DNA of 64,000 bases. Source: Gammaproteobacteria bacterium (GTDB taxonomy: Bacteria > Pseudomonadota > Gammaproteobacteria > GCA-001735895). Location of the stretch: the NCBI GenBank assembly GCA_050298595.1, contig JBNKUM010000089.1:13299-77298 (forward strand), given 5' to 3'. How positions within the stretch are numbered: position 1 is the first letter of the stretch; every line of letters begins with the position of its first letter. The translations under genes were made by a program, and so were the position numbers. Of the stretch, positions 23,116 to 33,723 are shown piece after piece. The notes under the pieces are model-generated. The model did no database searches, was not told the origin of the DNA, and was given only the letters and a program-made list of their open reading frames with translations.

Positions 23116-24264
23116 ATGAAAATCAGCAGTAAGCAAATACTGGCAGTCACTACGGCATTGGCAATCACCGCACTGAGCAATATTGCCCTGGCCGCCGAAA
23201 CCATCAAAGTTGGGACTTTCCTGTCCGTCACCGGCCCCGCCTCTTTTCTGGGCGACCCTGAACTAAAAACCCTGCAGATGTATATTGAGGCGATCAATAA
23301 GTTCGGCGGCATTGATGGCAAAAAAGTTGAACTGGTACATTACGATACCGGTGGCAAGGCCAAGGAAGCCGTTAAATTCGCCAAACGCCTGATTCAGAAA
23401 GATAAAGTCGATGTGATCGTTGGTGGCTCTACTTCTGGCACCAGTATCGCTGTAATGCCTCTGGTTGAGAAAAACAAGGTGCCTTTCATCTCACTGGCCG
23501 GCTCGGTGAAAATCATCAACCCAGTGAATAAGTGGGTATTCAAAACACCGCATACCGACCGTATGGCAGCCTCAAAAGTCTTTACCGATATGCAAAAACG
23601 CGGTATCAAAAAGATTGCCCTGATCTCTGGTAGTGGTGGCTTCGGTAAATCGGGCCGTGCGCAATCACTTACACTTGCCCCAGAATACGGACTGACCGTA
23701 GTGGCCGATGAATCATACGGCGCAAAGGATACCGATATGACCACCCAACTCACCAAGATACGCGACACCGATGCTGAAGCCATACTTAATTTTGGTTTTG
23801 GTTCTGGCCCGGCGATAGTCACCCGGAATATTCGTCAGCTCGGTATCACATTACCACTATATCAATCTCATGGTGTTGCCTCGAAAAAATTCATTGAACT
23901 GGCAGGTGATGCTGCTGAAGGCGTACGCCTGCCAGCGGCAGCATTATTAGTCGCGAACAATCTTAGTGATGACGATGAGCAAAAGAAAATTCTGATCGAT
24001 TATAAAAATCGCTTTGAAGCTGAACATGGATCGGTTTCCACATTTGGCGGCCATGCCTACGATGGCCTGTACATTGCACTGGAAGCAATCAATCGCGCCC
24101 ATTCAACCGATCCTGAGAAAGTTCGTTCTGAAATCGAAAAAACCACTCATTTTGTCGGTACTGGCGGGGTATTTAACATGTCTGCCAACGACCATATGGG
24201 CCTAGGTCTTGATGCTTTCAAAATGCTGGAAATCAAAAATGGTGACTGGACTATTGTTGACTAA
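23116..24264 (+). CDS. Liv/HAAT-family ABC substrate-binding protein
   Basis: Signal peptide, IKVGTFLSVTGPASFLG, periplasmic binding protein type 1 pattern. Confidence 0.9.
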   Translation: MKISSKQILAVTTALAITALSNIALAAETIKVGTFLSVTGPASFLGDPELKTLQMYIEAINKFGGIDGKKVELVHYDTGGKAKEAVKFAKRLIQKDKVDVIVGGSTSGTSIAVMPLVEKNKVPFISLAGSVKIINPVNKWVFKTPHTDRMAASKVFTDMQKRGIKKIALISGSGGFGKSGRAQSLTLAPEYGLTVVADESYGAKDTDMTTQLTKIRDTDAEAILNFGFGSGPAIVTRNIRQLGITLPLYQSHGVASKKFIELAGDAAEGVRLPAAALLVANNLSDDDEQKKILIDYKNRFEAEHGSVSTFGGHAYDGLYIALEAINRAHSTDPEKVRSEIEKTTHFVGTGGVFNMSANDHMGLGLDAFKMLEIKNGDWTIVD

Positions 24265-24279
24265 TTTCTGAACTCAATC

Positions 24280-24304
24280 GGCGGCCCCTAAGGACCGCCT
24301 TTTT
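24280..24304 (+). terminator. Intra-operon terminator-like hairpin after the binding protein gene
   Basis: ggcggcccc-taa-ggaccgcc followed by ttttt. Confidence 0.65.
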
Positions 24305-24351
24305 GATTTCATAGCCACTACCTCCCATCAACTCCAGTATTTGTGCAGTAA

Positions 24352-25233
24352 ATGTCTGACCAGATTCTTCAATTCCTTATTACAGGGCTGACAACAGGGG
24401 CCATCTATGCCCTGGTTGCTCTGGGCTTTACCATCATCTATAACGCCTCCGATGTGGTGAATTTTGCCCAGGGTGAATTCGTCATGATGGGTGCCATGAT
24501 GACTATCTTCCTCAGCGCTGGGGATGATGGTTTACCACTTTTCTTAGCAGCTCCAATAGCTGTTATTTTCGTAATCGTCATCGGCATGATGCTGCAGCGA
24601 TTTGCGATCAACATGGCGCGCGGCGCATCTGTCGTCACGACGATAATCATTACCATTGGCGCCTCTATCTTGCTGCGCGGTTTGGCTCTCGTACTATGGG
24701 GTAAAGATATCTTTGGCATGCCCCATTTTTCCGGAGAGCTACCCATCCATATTGGCAATGCTACTCTACTACCGCAGAATCTCTGGGTGATGGGCGGCAC
24801 AGCGGTGATGGTGTTGGGTGTGCATTATTTCTTCCACCACACCATACACGGTAAAGCGATTCTAGCCTGCTCCTATAATCGCGATGCCGCCAGCCTGATG
24901 GGTATCAATATCCAGCTGATGTTACTGGTCGCTTATGGCCTGTCTGCATTACTGGGTGCCATGGCTGGCATTCTGGTGACCCCCATTTCTTTCACCTCTT
25001 ACGATGCCGGTGTCATGCTCGGTCTGAAAGGGTTTTCTGCCTCCATCCTTGGCGGCATGGGCAATCCGATGGGCGCTGTAGTCGGTGGACTGCTACTGGG
25101 CCTGGTTGAATCCCTGGCCTCTGGATTAATATCATCCAGCTATAAGGATGCGATTGGATTTGTCATTTTATTACTGGTGCTGTTTATCCGCCCCAGTGGC
25201 CTGATGGGCAAACGCTCATCAGAGAGGGTATAA
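24352..25233 (+). CDS. Liv-type ABC permease (LivH-like)
   Basis: GAIYALVALGFTII, VVNFAQGEF, GGMGNPMGA. Confidence 0.92.
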   Translation: MSDQILQFLITGLTTGAIYALVALGFTIIYNASDVVNFAQGEFVMMGAMMTIFLSAGDDGLPLFLAAPIAVIFVIVIGMMLQRFAINMARGASVVTTIIITIGASILLRGLALVLWGKDIFGMPHFSGELPIHIGNATLLPQNLWVMGGTAVMVLGVHYFFHHTIHGKAILACSYNRDAASLMGINIQLMLLVAYGLSALLGAMAGILVTPISFTSYDAGVMLGLKGFSASILGGMGNPMGAVVGGLLLGLVESLASGLISSSYKDAIGFVILLLVLFIRPSGLMGKRSSERV

Positions 25234-25236
25234 GCC

Positions 25237-26217
25237 ATGGAGCGTTTTCCCGCAGTGATTTTTCTGGCTCTGATACTGGCCGCCTTACCGTTTCTATTTC
25301 CTGACAACTATTTCGTCACGGTAGTGTTTACCAGCGCAGCATTGCATGCCACCCTCGCCATCAGTCTCAACCTGCTGATGGGTTACGCCGGTCAGATATC
25401 ACTGGGGCATGCGGCATTCTTTGGTATGGGCGCTTACAGCTCGGCCATACTGACTTCGCGTTATGAATGGAATGCCGTATTGGCGATCTTTGCCGGAATG
25501 CTATTGACGGGCATCATCGCTTTCATCATAGCGCGCCCAATACTACGCCTAAAAGGCCATTATCTGGCGATGGCCACGCTGGGTTTCGGCATCATAATTT
25601 CTATTATTCTGGTGCAGGCTGGTGATTTTACCGGCGGACCCGATGGCCTGGGAAACATTCCGCAACTGGTACTTTTCGGCCGGGTCGTGGAAACTGATTT
25701 TCACTGGTACGTGATTATGTGCAGCGTTCTGGTCATAGTCATGTGGTTATCCAATAATCTGATCGATTCGCGCAATGGTCGCGCCTTACGCGCTTTACAT
25801 GGATCAGAAATCGCTGCTGAACTGATGGGGATTAACACAGCTGCTGTGAAGAGCTCAATCTTTGTACTTTCTGCACTTATCGCCTCCTTCGCAGGCAGTC
25901 TGTTTGCGCATCAACAATCCTTCATCAGTCCCGATTCTTTCAGCTTTTTCTTCTCCATAGAACTGGTCACTATGGTTGTGCTCGGCGGACTGGCCTCTAC
26001 CTATGGCGCAATCTTTGGGGCGGTAGTGCTTACCTTTCTGCCAGAGCTGCTGGTGGTATTCGAAGATTACGAGGTAATGGTATTCGGTGCGATCCTGATG
26101 ATTATCATGATCTTTATGCCGCAGGGCCTGTTCGTCACACTGCAAAAACAGCTGCTACGCCTGTACGCCAATTTAACAGGGCAAAGCAATATCAGGGAGG
26201 AGCAGACGGATGCTTAA
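25237..26217 (+). CDS. Liv-type ABC permease (LivM-like)
   Basis: GYAGQISLGHAAF, LRLKGHYLAMATLGF. Confidence 0.92.
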   Translation: MERFPAVIFLALILAALPFLFPDNYFVTVVFTSAALHATLAISLNLLMGYAGQISLGHAAFFGMGAYSSAILTSRYEWNAVLAIFAGMLLTGIIAFIIARPILRLKGHYLAMATLGFGIIISIILVQAGDFTGGPDGLGNIPQLVLFGRVVETDFHWYVIMCSVLVIVMWLSNNLIDSRNGRALRALHGSEIAAELMGINTAAVKSSIFVLSALIASFAGSLFAHQQSFISPDSFSFFFSIELVTMVVLGGLASTYGAIFGAVVLTFLPELLVVFEDYEVMVFGAILMIIMIFMPQGLFVTLQKQLLRLYANLTGQSNIREEQTDA

Positions 26218-27001
26218 GGTATGTGGCCTGCTAAAATCCTTCGGCGGAGTTACGGCTATTGCCGATCTGGATTTTGATGTCCCGGAAGGCATCGTCTACT
26301 CTGTTATCGGTCCCAACGGTGCTGGCAAAACCACGCTATTTAATATGCTATCGGGTATTTACGTTCCCGACGAAGGAAGCATCTCGCTGATGGGCCGTGA
26401 CATAGTTGGTATGCCTCCCTATAAAATCGCCCGCTGTGGGGTTTCTCGTACCTTCCAGAACCTGCAAATATTCTTCAATATGAGCGTGCTGGAAAATGTA
26501 CTGGTCGGTTGCCACCTACGCCTGAAAGGAAATTTCCTGTCCACCCTGTTGCGGCTGCCGATGAACATCGCCGAAGAAAAAAAAGCACGCGAGTGGGCTG
26601 AGCAGGCTATCCATTTTTGCGGGCTGGAGCAATACCTGACGAGTCAATCCGATGCACTTCCCTACGGGGTTTTAAAGCGCCTTGAAATTGCACGTTCATT
26701 AGCCATGAATCCCAGCCTGATCATGATGGACGAACCCGCTGCAGGGCTAAACGATACTGAGACCAGGGAAATGATAGACCTGATCCGACGCATTAGTTAC
26801 CGCGGCATTACTGTATTACTGGTTGAGCATAATATGAATCTGGTGATGCAGGTTTCTGACCGCATCCTTGTACTTGATTATGGCAGCCGTCTAGCCGAAG
26901 GTAGTAGTGAAGAGATCCAGCGCAACCCTCAGGTCATCGCTGCTTACCTGGGCGAAGAAAATACTGATCATCATGTCGGTGGTGTGCATTATGCAGTCTG
27001 A
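26210..27001 (+). CDS. Liv-type ABC ATPase (LivG-like)
   Basis: GPNGAGKTT, RTFQN, MDEPAAG, VEHNM. Confidence 0.92.
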   Translation: MLKVCGLLKSFGGVTAIADLDFDVPEGIVYSVIGPNGAGKTTLFNMLSGIYVPDEGSISLMGRDIVGMPPYKIARCGVSRTFQNLQIFFNMSVLENVLVGCHLRLKGNFLSTLLRLPMNIAEEKKAREWAEQAIHFCGLEQYLTSQSDALPYGVLKRLEIARSLAMNPSLIMMDEPAAGLNDTETREMIDLIRRISYRGITVLLVEHNMNLVMQVSDRILVLDYGSRLAEGSSEEIQRNPQVIAAYLGEENTDHHVGGVHYAV

Positions 27002-27740
27002 ACACCTCAACCAGCTAAGCGCTATTGATGACCTGCTCAGTATCAGCGATCTATGTAGCAGTTATGGCCCGGTGCAGGTACTGCACAGAATCTCATTGAA
27101 TATTAAAGCGGGTGAACTGGTGACCATTGTTGGTGCTAACGGAGCGGGTAAATCCACCCTGCTCCGAGCCCTCTCTGGCTTACAGAAATGCCACTCCGGA
27201 AAAGTGTTTTTTTCAGACACAGATTTAACCAATAAACCACCACACCACATTGTCAGGGCTGGCATCTGTCATGTTCCAGAAGGAAGACAGGTTTTTGCCC
27301 CCTTATGCGTAGATGACAATTTACGTCTGGGTGGTTACAGCCAGCGACAGGATGCGCAATGGCTGGAGTCTGAAATTGAACATATCTACAGCCTGTTCCC
27401 CATCCTGCGCGAAAAATACAGGCAGGAAGCTGGCACCCTGTCTGGCGGTCAACAGCAAATGCTGGCAATAGGCCGCGCACTTCTCGGACGCCCAAGATTG
27501 TTATTGCTGGATGAGCCCTCAATGGGACTGGCACCGCTACTGGTAGAAGAAATATTCCGCATCGTGCAGGAGCTGAATCAACAGGGTGTGACCATCCTTC
27601 TAGTTGAGCAGAATGCACGCATGGCACTCAAGGTAGCTGACAGGGGTTATGTACTGGAAACCGGACATATCATCACCAGTGCGCCAGCCGACGAGCTGCT
27701 CAATGATGAAGCAGTGCGCAAGGCTTATCTCGGATACTAA
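26991..27740 (+). CDS. Liv-type ABC ATPase (LivF-like)
   Basis: GANGAGKST, LSGGQQQ, LDEPSMGLAP, VEQNA; start taken at ATG 26991. Confidence 0.92.
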   Translation: MQSEHLNQLSAIDDLLSISDLCSSYGPVQVLHRISLNIKAGELVTIVGANGAGKSTLLRALSGLQKCHSGKVFFSDTDLTNKPPHHIVRAGICHVPEGRQVFAPLCVDDNLRLGGYSQRQDAQWLESEIEHIYSLFPILREKYRQEAGTLSGGQQQMLAIGRALLGRPRLLLLDEPSMGLAPLLVEEIFRIVQELNQQGVTILLVEQNARMALKVADRGYVLETGHIITSAPADELLNDEAVRKAYLGY

Positions 27741-27764
27741 TTACAGCATGTTAGGAGACATAGT

Positions 27765-28883
27765 ATGTATATTGAACAGATCATGACACGCCATGTAGAT
27801 ACTGTGACTGAGGATATGAAGCTTAGTCAGGCATCTCACCTGATGCAGCAAAAAGGTCGTCGCTTCATGCCTGTGGTGGATGAAAATAATCAACTACTAG
27901 GTCTACTCACCCGGGCTGAAATTATCCGCGCCGAACCTTCGGCTATCACTACCCTGTCGGTCGGTGAAGTCAATTACCTGATGTCCAAACTACGTGTGGC
28001 GAATGTAATGGCCAAAGAGGTCATCACCTGCGGCCCGGACACGCTGGTTGAACAGGCTGGTCAAAAAATGCGCGACAAAAAGATAAGCTGCCTGCCAGTT
28101 GTAGATAAAGGTAAGCTCATTGGGATTATCACCGGGGTGGATATCATGGACTTTTTACTTGATATAACTGGTTGCAATCTAGCGGAAAGCACCCGCATCG
28201 CACTCAATCTCAGCGATGAACGCGGCACTCTCGGACATTTACTGGATGACATCACAGCACTGGGTGGATATATCGCTACAGTTGTGTCTCCCTACAGCCG
28301 AGATGATCAGGGCAAACGCACGGTCATCCTGCGCCTTACTGCGGAAAATCCACAGGCCATTATAAAATCCCTGAGCGAAAAGGGTTACGAGTTAATAACT
28401 AACACTCCACCTGCTGAAGTCCCTACGACTCAAACTAAAGCGACATCTCATTCCAGCGACGAACCGGGGGCGCAACAGATTGCCGAGTTTATGCAACAGC
28501 ACGATAAGTTCGCCAAACTACTAGGCATTCAAATGATTGATGTAAAACCCGGCTACGCACAGACCCGCATGGTGGTGCGAGAAGACATGCTCAATTCAAT
28601 CAATATCACACACGGTGGCGCAACGTTTAGTCTCGCTGACTATACCTTTGCACTGGCTTCTAACTCACATGGCATGGTGTCTGTTGGACTGAATGCTCAG
28701 ATCAACTATACCTCACCATCAAACATAGGAGACATACTCACCGCCACCGCTACTGAAAACAAAATCAGCACACGCAGTGGACTGTATACCATCGAAATCA
28801 AGCGTAGTGATAACACCCTGATTGCACTATTTACCGGCACTGTGTTCCGGCGTAACGACTACATGCAACAGTGGATGAAGTGA
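27765..28883 (+). CDS. CBS-CBS-ACT (AcuB-like) domain fused to a PaaI-type hot-dog thioesterase
   Basis: N-terminal CBS pair (MTRHVDTV...MPVVD; [14 protein letters not shown]), ACT-like segment, linker, then C-terminal [28 protein letters not shown]. Confidence 0.85.
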   Translation: MYIEQIMTRHVDTVTEDMKLSQASHLMQQKGRRFMPVVDENNQLLGLLTRAEIIRAEPSAITTLSVGEVNYLMSKLRVANVMAKEVITCGPDTLVEQAGQKMRDKKISCLPVVDKGKLIGIITGVDIMDFLLDITGCNLAESTRIALNLSDERGTLGHLLDDITALGGYIATVVSPYSRDDQGKRTVILRLTAENPQAIIKSLSEKGYELITNTPPAEVPTTQTKATSHSSDEPGAQQIAEFMQQHDKFAKLLGIQMIDVKPGYAQTRMVVREDMLNSINITHGGATFSLADYTFALASNSHGMVSVGLNAQINYTSPSNIGDILTATATENKISTRSGLYTIEIKRSDNTLIALFTGTVFRRNDYMQQWMK

Positions 28884-28923
28884 ACCCAATACAATATTAA
28901 TCAGAACTGACAAGAGGAAATCA

Positions 28924-30228
28924 ATGATACTGCATACAGATATTGAAACCATGTCCAGGGAGCAACTGGAGGCACTCCAGTTGCAGCGTTTACAAAACAC
29001 GGTTGAGCGTTGTTATGCCAATGTTAAAAGCTATCGTGATTCAATGGATGAAATCGGCTTTAAACTCGAGCATTTAAAAAGCCTGAAAGACCTTCGGCAT
29101 CTTCCATTTACCGAAAAAGATCATCTACGCGCCAATTATCCATTTGGCTCTTTTGCCATACCGCGTGAACAGGCTGTTCGCTTACATGCTTCCTCTGGTA
29201 CTACCGGCAAACCCACCGTGGTTGGTTACTCCAGACGAGACATCGACACCTGGTCTGATCTGATGGCACGCTCCATTGCATCGGCTGGCCTGAAGCCGGG
29301 TAACTGTTTTCATAATGCCTATGGATATGGTCTTTTTACCGGCGGACTTGGTTTTCATTATGGCGCTGAAAAACTCGGCTGCACGGTAACCCCCATATCT
29401 GGCGGGCAGACCCAGAAGCAGGTCATGCTACTGAATGACTTTGCCGCCGACGGGCTGGGATGTACGCCCTCCTACGCCTTGAATATCGCTGAAGAAGCAG
29501 AAAAAGAAGGTGTCGATTTTCGTCAGCTACCACTTAAGATTGGCATCTTTGGTGCCGAACCCTGGACCGAAGAAATGCGCAGTCAAATCGAATCCCGTCT
29601 TGGAATTGATGCGATCGACATTTACGGCCTGTCAGAAATCATGGGGCCAGGGGTGTCGGTGGAATGTATCGAAGCCAAGAACGGTCTGCATGTCTGGGAA
29701 GATCATTTTTATGTGGAGATAGTCGACCCTGATACCGGAGAGCCATTGCCCTATGGTGAACAGGGCGAACTGGTGTTCACCTCACTCACCAAGGAAGCGT
29801 TTCCGATCCTGCGCTACCGTACCCGTGACATCTCCACTCTGGATGCCGCACCCTGTTCCTGTGGACGAACCCATGTACGTATGCAACGTATTACCGGGCG
29901 CTGTGATGACATGCTCATCATTCGCGGGATTAATGTGTATCCCTCTCAGATTGAATCGGTACTGGTGCGCTCGCAAACACTCAGCCCGTTTTACCAGATT
30001 GAGATCTTTCGTGAAGGCACTATGGATCAACTGCTGGTGAATGTTGAAGCTACCGCCCCACTTGCAGAACAGGGGGAAGAAGCCATGCAAAGAGTGGCTG
30101 CCCAGGTGATGCGCGATATCAAGGATTTTATCGGCGTATCCTGCAAGGTTGAAGTCAAGGGCATCGGCCAGGTACCTCGCTCTCAGGGCAAAGCAGTACG
30201 AGTCATTGACCATCGTCAAAAAATGTAG
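28924..30228 (+). CDS. paaK: Phenylacetate-CoA ligase
   Basis: [41 protein letters not shown]. Confidence 0.93.
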   Translation: MILHTDIETMSREQLEALQLQRLQNTVERCYANVKSYRDSMDEIGFKLEHLKSLKDLRHLPFTEKDHLRANYPFGSFAIPREQAVRLHASSGTTGKPTVVGYSRRDIDTWSDLMARSIASAGLKPGNCFHNAYGYGLFTGGLGFHYGAEKLGCTVTPISGGQTQKQVMLLNDFAADGLGCTPSYALNIAEEAEKEGVDFRQLPLKIGIFGAEPWTEEMRSQIESRLGIDAIDIYGLSEIMGPGVSVECIEAKNGLHVWEDHFYVEIVDPDTGEPLPYGEQGELVFTSLTKEAFPILRYRTRDISTLDAAPCSCGRTHVRMQRITGRCDDMLIIRGINVYPSQIESVLVRSQTLSPFYQIEIFREGTMDQLLVNVEATAPLAEQGEEAMQRVAAQVMRDIKDFIGVSCKVEVKGIGQVPRSQGKAVRVIDHRQKM

Positions 30229-30318
30229 CCTTAAAACTGACATTTATTAACCCCCATTTAGGCTTCCCTGCCATAATTGGGCGCAATTTTTTACTGTGAT
30301 TTCTGTAAAGGTATTCAT

Positions 30319-32208
30319 ATGAGTCCACAGCAACAAAAGCTTGATCAACAACGCCTCTTCATGTCGGGTAACGAGGCTGTTGCCCTCGGTATGTGGCAGG
30401 CTGGTTGTCGTGTTGCCGCCGCTTACCCCGGCACACCATCCACCGAAATTCTGGAATATGCCGCCCAGTATGAGGACATGTATAGCGAATGGTCAGTCAA
30501 TGAAAAGGTATCACTGGAAGTCGCCATTGGTGCCTCGCTGGCAGGTAGCCGAGCTTTTTGTGCGATGAAACATGTTGGCCTGAATGTCGCTTCCGATGCA
30601 TTGATGAGCCAGACACTCGCTGGGGTTAACGCTGGACTGGTGATTGCAGTCGCCGATGACGTAGGTCTTTCCTCTTCGCAAAACGAGCAGGATTCACGCT
30701 ACTGGGGACGCTTTGCGCATGTGCCGATACTGGAGCCCTGTGACTCGCAGGAAGCCTACGAAATGTGTGCCTCAGCATTCGAGATTTCTGAGCAATTCGA
30801 TACGCCTGTTATCCTGCGCCTGACCACTCGCATCTGTCATGTAAAAGGCGTTGTAGTCGCCAGTGGAGAGCGTTGGCAACGCAGCGAAGAAAAAAGCTTC
30901 GAATACACACCCAACAAATACGTGATGACACCGGCTAATGCGCGCGGGCGCATTCCATTGATGTTCGAACGCGACAATCAACTTGCCAGTTACAGCGCAA
31001 CAAGCAAGTTAAACTACGCGCTGGAGGGCAGTGATAAACGCATTGGCTTTATCACCTCAGGGCCGACCTTTTTACACGTACAGGAAGCATTCCCCGATGC
31101 ACCTATTTACAAGCTGGGGATGAGTTACCCAGCACCGATGGAAAAGCTGCGTGAATTTGCTACTTCTGTAGAAAAACTGATCATAGTGGAAGAAATCGAA
31201 CCATTGCTGGAAACTGAAATGAAAGCCGCAGGCATCGATGTGATCGGCAAACATCTGCTACCGAAGTTTGGTGAATTATCACCACAGGTTTTACTGCCAG
31301 CCATCAACCCCTTGCTGGGCCGAGCCGATATTAAAGCCCAGCCCGAGACCCAGAATGTCACAGTAAAACTCGATGTAAGCAAAACAGGCGCTGAGATATT
31401 CCCACGCCCACCCACCATGTGCGTGGCCTGTCCACACCTCGGTATCTACTACACATTGTCGCATATTCGAAACAAAATCATTTCCGGGGATATCGGCTGT
31501 TACACACTGGGAGCCGGTCATCCGTGGAACTCTCTGGATAGCTGTATCTGCATGGGTGCCTCCATGGGCGTTGCTCATGGACTGGATAAGGGTCGCACTG
31601 AAGCCGATGCCAACAAAAGCATTATTGCAGTCATCGGTGACTCAACCTTTATGCATATGGGCATGCAGGGCCTGCTCGATATCGCCTATAATAGGGGCAA
31701 TGTCACTGTACTATTGCTGGACAATCGCGCTGTTGGGATGACCGGTGGACAGGAAAACCCGGGCACAGGGCACGACATACATGGCAATGAAACCCCTAGA
31801 GTCGATTTTCGTAAACTCACTGAAGCTATTGGCATCAAGCCAGAACGTATTCACGAGGTGAATCCCTACGAATTACCCACTTTATTTAAGGCCCTGCGTG
31901 CTGAAACCAAAATAAATGAAGCTTCGGTTATTATCACTAATCAGCCCTGTGTACTGGTCGATTACTATGCGACCAAGGCTCCCTATGAAGTTAAAGAGGA
32001 TGTCTGTACCGGCTGCACCAACTGCCTGGATGTCGGGTGCCCGGCAATCAGCGTAACCCGTCGCGAAACCGTAATGAAACCCAACGGCAAGGAAAAAGAG
32101 CTCGCGTTCGTCAGCATAGATAGCCAGGCATGTACCGGCTGCGAACTCTGCCTGAAAACCTGTGGCCCGAATGCCATTCTACCTGTCGCTGATTTTTCCA
32201 GAGGTTAA
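30319..32208 (+). CDS. iorA: Indolepyruvate:ferredoxin oxidoreductase alpha subunit
   Basis: SGNEAVA, YPGTPSTEI, MKHVGLNVA, GDIGCY, GDSTF TPP motif, C-terminal ferredoxin CxxCxxC; start taken at ATG 30319. Confidence 0.93.
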   Translation: MSPQQQKLDQQRLFMSGNEAVALGMWQAGCRVAAAYPGTPSTEILEYAAQYEDMYSEWSVNEKVSLEVAIGASLAGSRAFCAMKHVGLNVASDALMSQTLAGVNAGLVIAVADDVGLSSSQNEQDSRYWGRFAHVPILEPCDSQEAYEMCASAFEISEQFDTPVILRLTTRICHVKGVVVASGERWQRSEEKSFEYTPNKYVMTPANARGRIPLMFERDNQLASYSATSKLNYALEGSDKRIGFITSGPTFLHVQEAFPDAPIYKLGMSYPAPMEKLREFATSVEKLIIVEEIEPLLETEMKAAGIDVIGKHLLPKFGELSPQVLLPAINPLLGRADIKAQPETQNVTVKLDVSKTGAEIFPRPPTMCVACPHLGIYYTLSHIRNKIISGDIGCYTLGAGHPWNSLDSCICMGASMGVAHGLDKGRTEADANKSIIAVIGDSTFMHMGMQGLLDIAYNRGNVTVLLLDNRAVGMTGGQENPGTGHDIHGNETPRVDFRKLTEAIGIKPERIHEVNPYELPTLFKALRAETKINEASVIITNQPCVLVDYYATKAPYEVKEDVCTGCTNCLDVGCPAISVTRRETVMKPNGKEKELAFVSIDSQACTGCELCLKTCGPNAILPVADFSRG

Positions 32209-32210
32209 CT

Positions 32211-32816
32211 ATGAAGACAGCAAACTCTATCACCAATATCCTGGTCGCCGGCATTGGTGGACAGGGGGTAATGACCGCTGCCGAAATCTTATCGCAAACC
32301 GCGCTATCACTCGGCTACGATGTGAAAAAAACCGAAGTCGCTGGTATGGCCCAACGTGGTGGCATAGTAACCTCGCATGTGCGTTTTGGTGATAAAGTTC
32401 TATCACCGGCCATCCCGCATGGAGAAGCAGACATACTGGTGGGTTTTGAACCAGCCGAGGCACTACGCTGGATGCAGGAACTAAAGCCCGATGGCGTCGC
32501 CATGGTTAATCTCGACCAGCAAAAGCCCCCGATAGTCAGCATCGGCCTGTTTGATTACCCCGAAAACCCGGTCGCACAAATGCAGGCCAGTGGTATCAAG
32601 GTATTCCCCTTCGAAGCCGGTAAAATCGCGCGGGATCTGGGCAACTTTCGTCTGGTCAATAGTGTTATGCTAGGCGCTATTTCCAGTTACCTGCCTTTCG
32701 ATAGCGACATTTTGAAAAATTCCATTCTGGATCGTTTCCGTAAGAGCAAGCCAAAGCTGGTTGATATCAATAAACTGGCATTTGAATGTGGCAGAGAATC
32801 TGTCGCTCAGGCCTGA
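32211..32816 (+). CDS. iorB: Indolepyruvate:ferredoxin oxidoreductase beta subunit
   Basis: AGIGGQG, GMAQRGG...SHVRFG. Confidence 0.93.
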   Translation: MKTANSITNILVAGIGGQGVMTAAEILSQTALSLGYDVKKTEVAGMAQRGGIVTSHVRFGDKVLSPAIPHGEADILVGFEPAEALRWMQELKPDGVAMVNLDQQKPPIVSIGLFDYPENPVAQMQASGIKVFPFEAGKIARDLGNFRLVNSVMLGAISSYLPFDSDILKNSILDRFRKSKPKLVDINKLAFECGRESVAQA

Positions 32817-32835
32817 ACACTAAAGGAATACTTTC

Positions 32836-33723
32836 ATGCGTTTTAACATATTAAGATTTAGCAAAGGAGCTGGGCTCTCTTTCCTGTTAATGCTAACAAC
32901 CCTGGAGGCAGCACAGGCAAAGAGTCCAGTATGGAAGGTTGAAAATGGTAACAACATCACCTATCTGGCAGGCACCATACACGTGTTACGCAGCTCGGAT
33001 TATCCGCTACCCGCTGCTTTCGAACAGGCCTATAAGCACTCTCAAATTGTCACCTTTGAAGTCGATATCGCGCAAAGTCAGAGTGCGGAATTTAATCAGG
33101 CCATGCTAAAAACAGCTTTATTGCCAGAGGGCAAAACATTACATGATTATATCAATGATGAGACCTATCAATTATTACTCGATTATCTAAAAAGTAACCA
33201 TCTAACCATCCAGCAGTTCAGCGGATTAAAACCATCCATGCTCGCGATTACCTTAACCATGCTGGAGCTGCAGAAAATGGGAGTAGGTGGACAAGGTGTT
33301 GATGAACACTTTTATGCCCGCGCCAGCAAAGATGGCAAAACACTACAGGCACTGGAAAGCATCCAGCAACAAATTGATTTTATCGCCCAGATGGGTGCAG
33401 GCGTAGAAGATGAAATGATCCGTCAGACACTAGCCGATATCGCCACACTGCAAACTGAGTTTGATAGCATGACTAAAAGCTGGCGCAACGGTGATCGTAA
33501 ACAGCTAGAAGAGTTTTTTGTAAAACCCATGCGCGAACAGTTTGAACCTATGTACCAACAACTGCTGGTACAGAGAAACCAGAAATGGATGTCTAAAATC
33601 AAGCAATACCTGCAAACTCCTGCCACAGAATTCGTCATGGTCGGCAGTGCTCATTTGATCGGACCAGACGGACTGCTACAACAACTCAGCAAATCAGGCT
33701 ATCGAATCAGCCAGCTTGATTGA
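32836..33723 (+). CDS. TraB/GumN family secreted protein
   Basis: Signal peptide, YLAGTIHVL, RNQKW, VGSAHLIG. Confidence 0.88.
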   Translation: MRFNILRFSKGAGLSFLLMLTTLEAAQAKSPVWKVENGNNITYLAGTIHVLRSSDYPLPAAFEQAYKHSQIVTFEVDIAQSQSAEFNQAMLKTALLPEGKTLHDYINDETYQLLLDYLKSNHLTIQQFSGLKPSMLAITLTMLELQKMGVGGQGVDEHFYARASKDGKTLQALESIQQQIDFIAQMGAGVEDEMIRQTLADIATLQTEFDSMTKSWRNGDRKQLEEFFVKPMREQFEPMYQQLLVQRNQKWMSKIKQYLQTPATEFVMVGSAHLIGPDGLLQQLSKSGYRISQLD

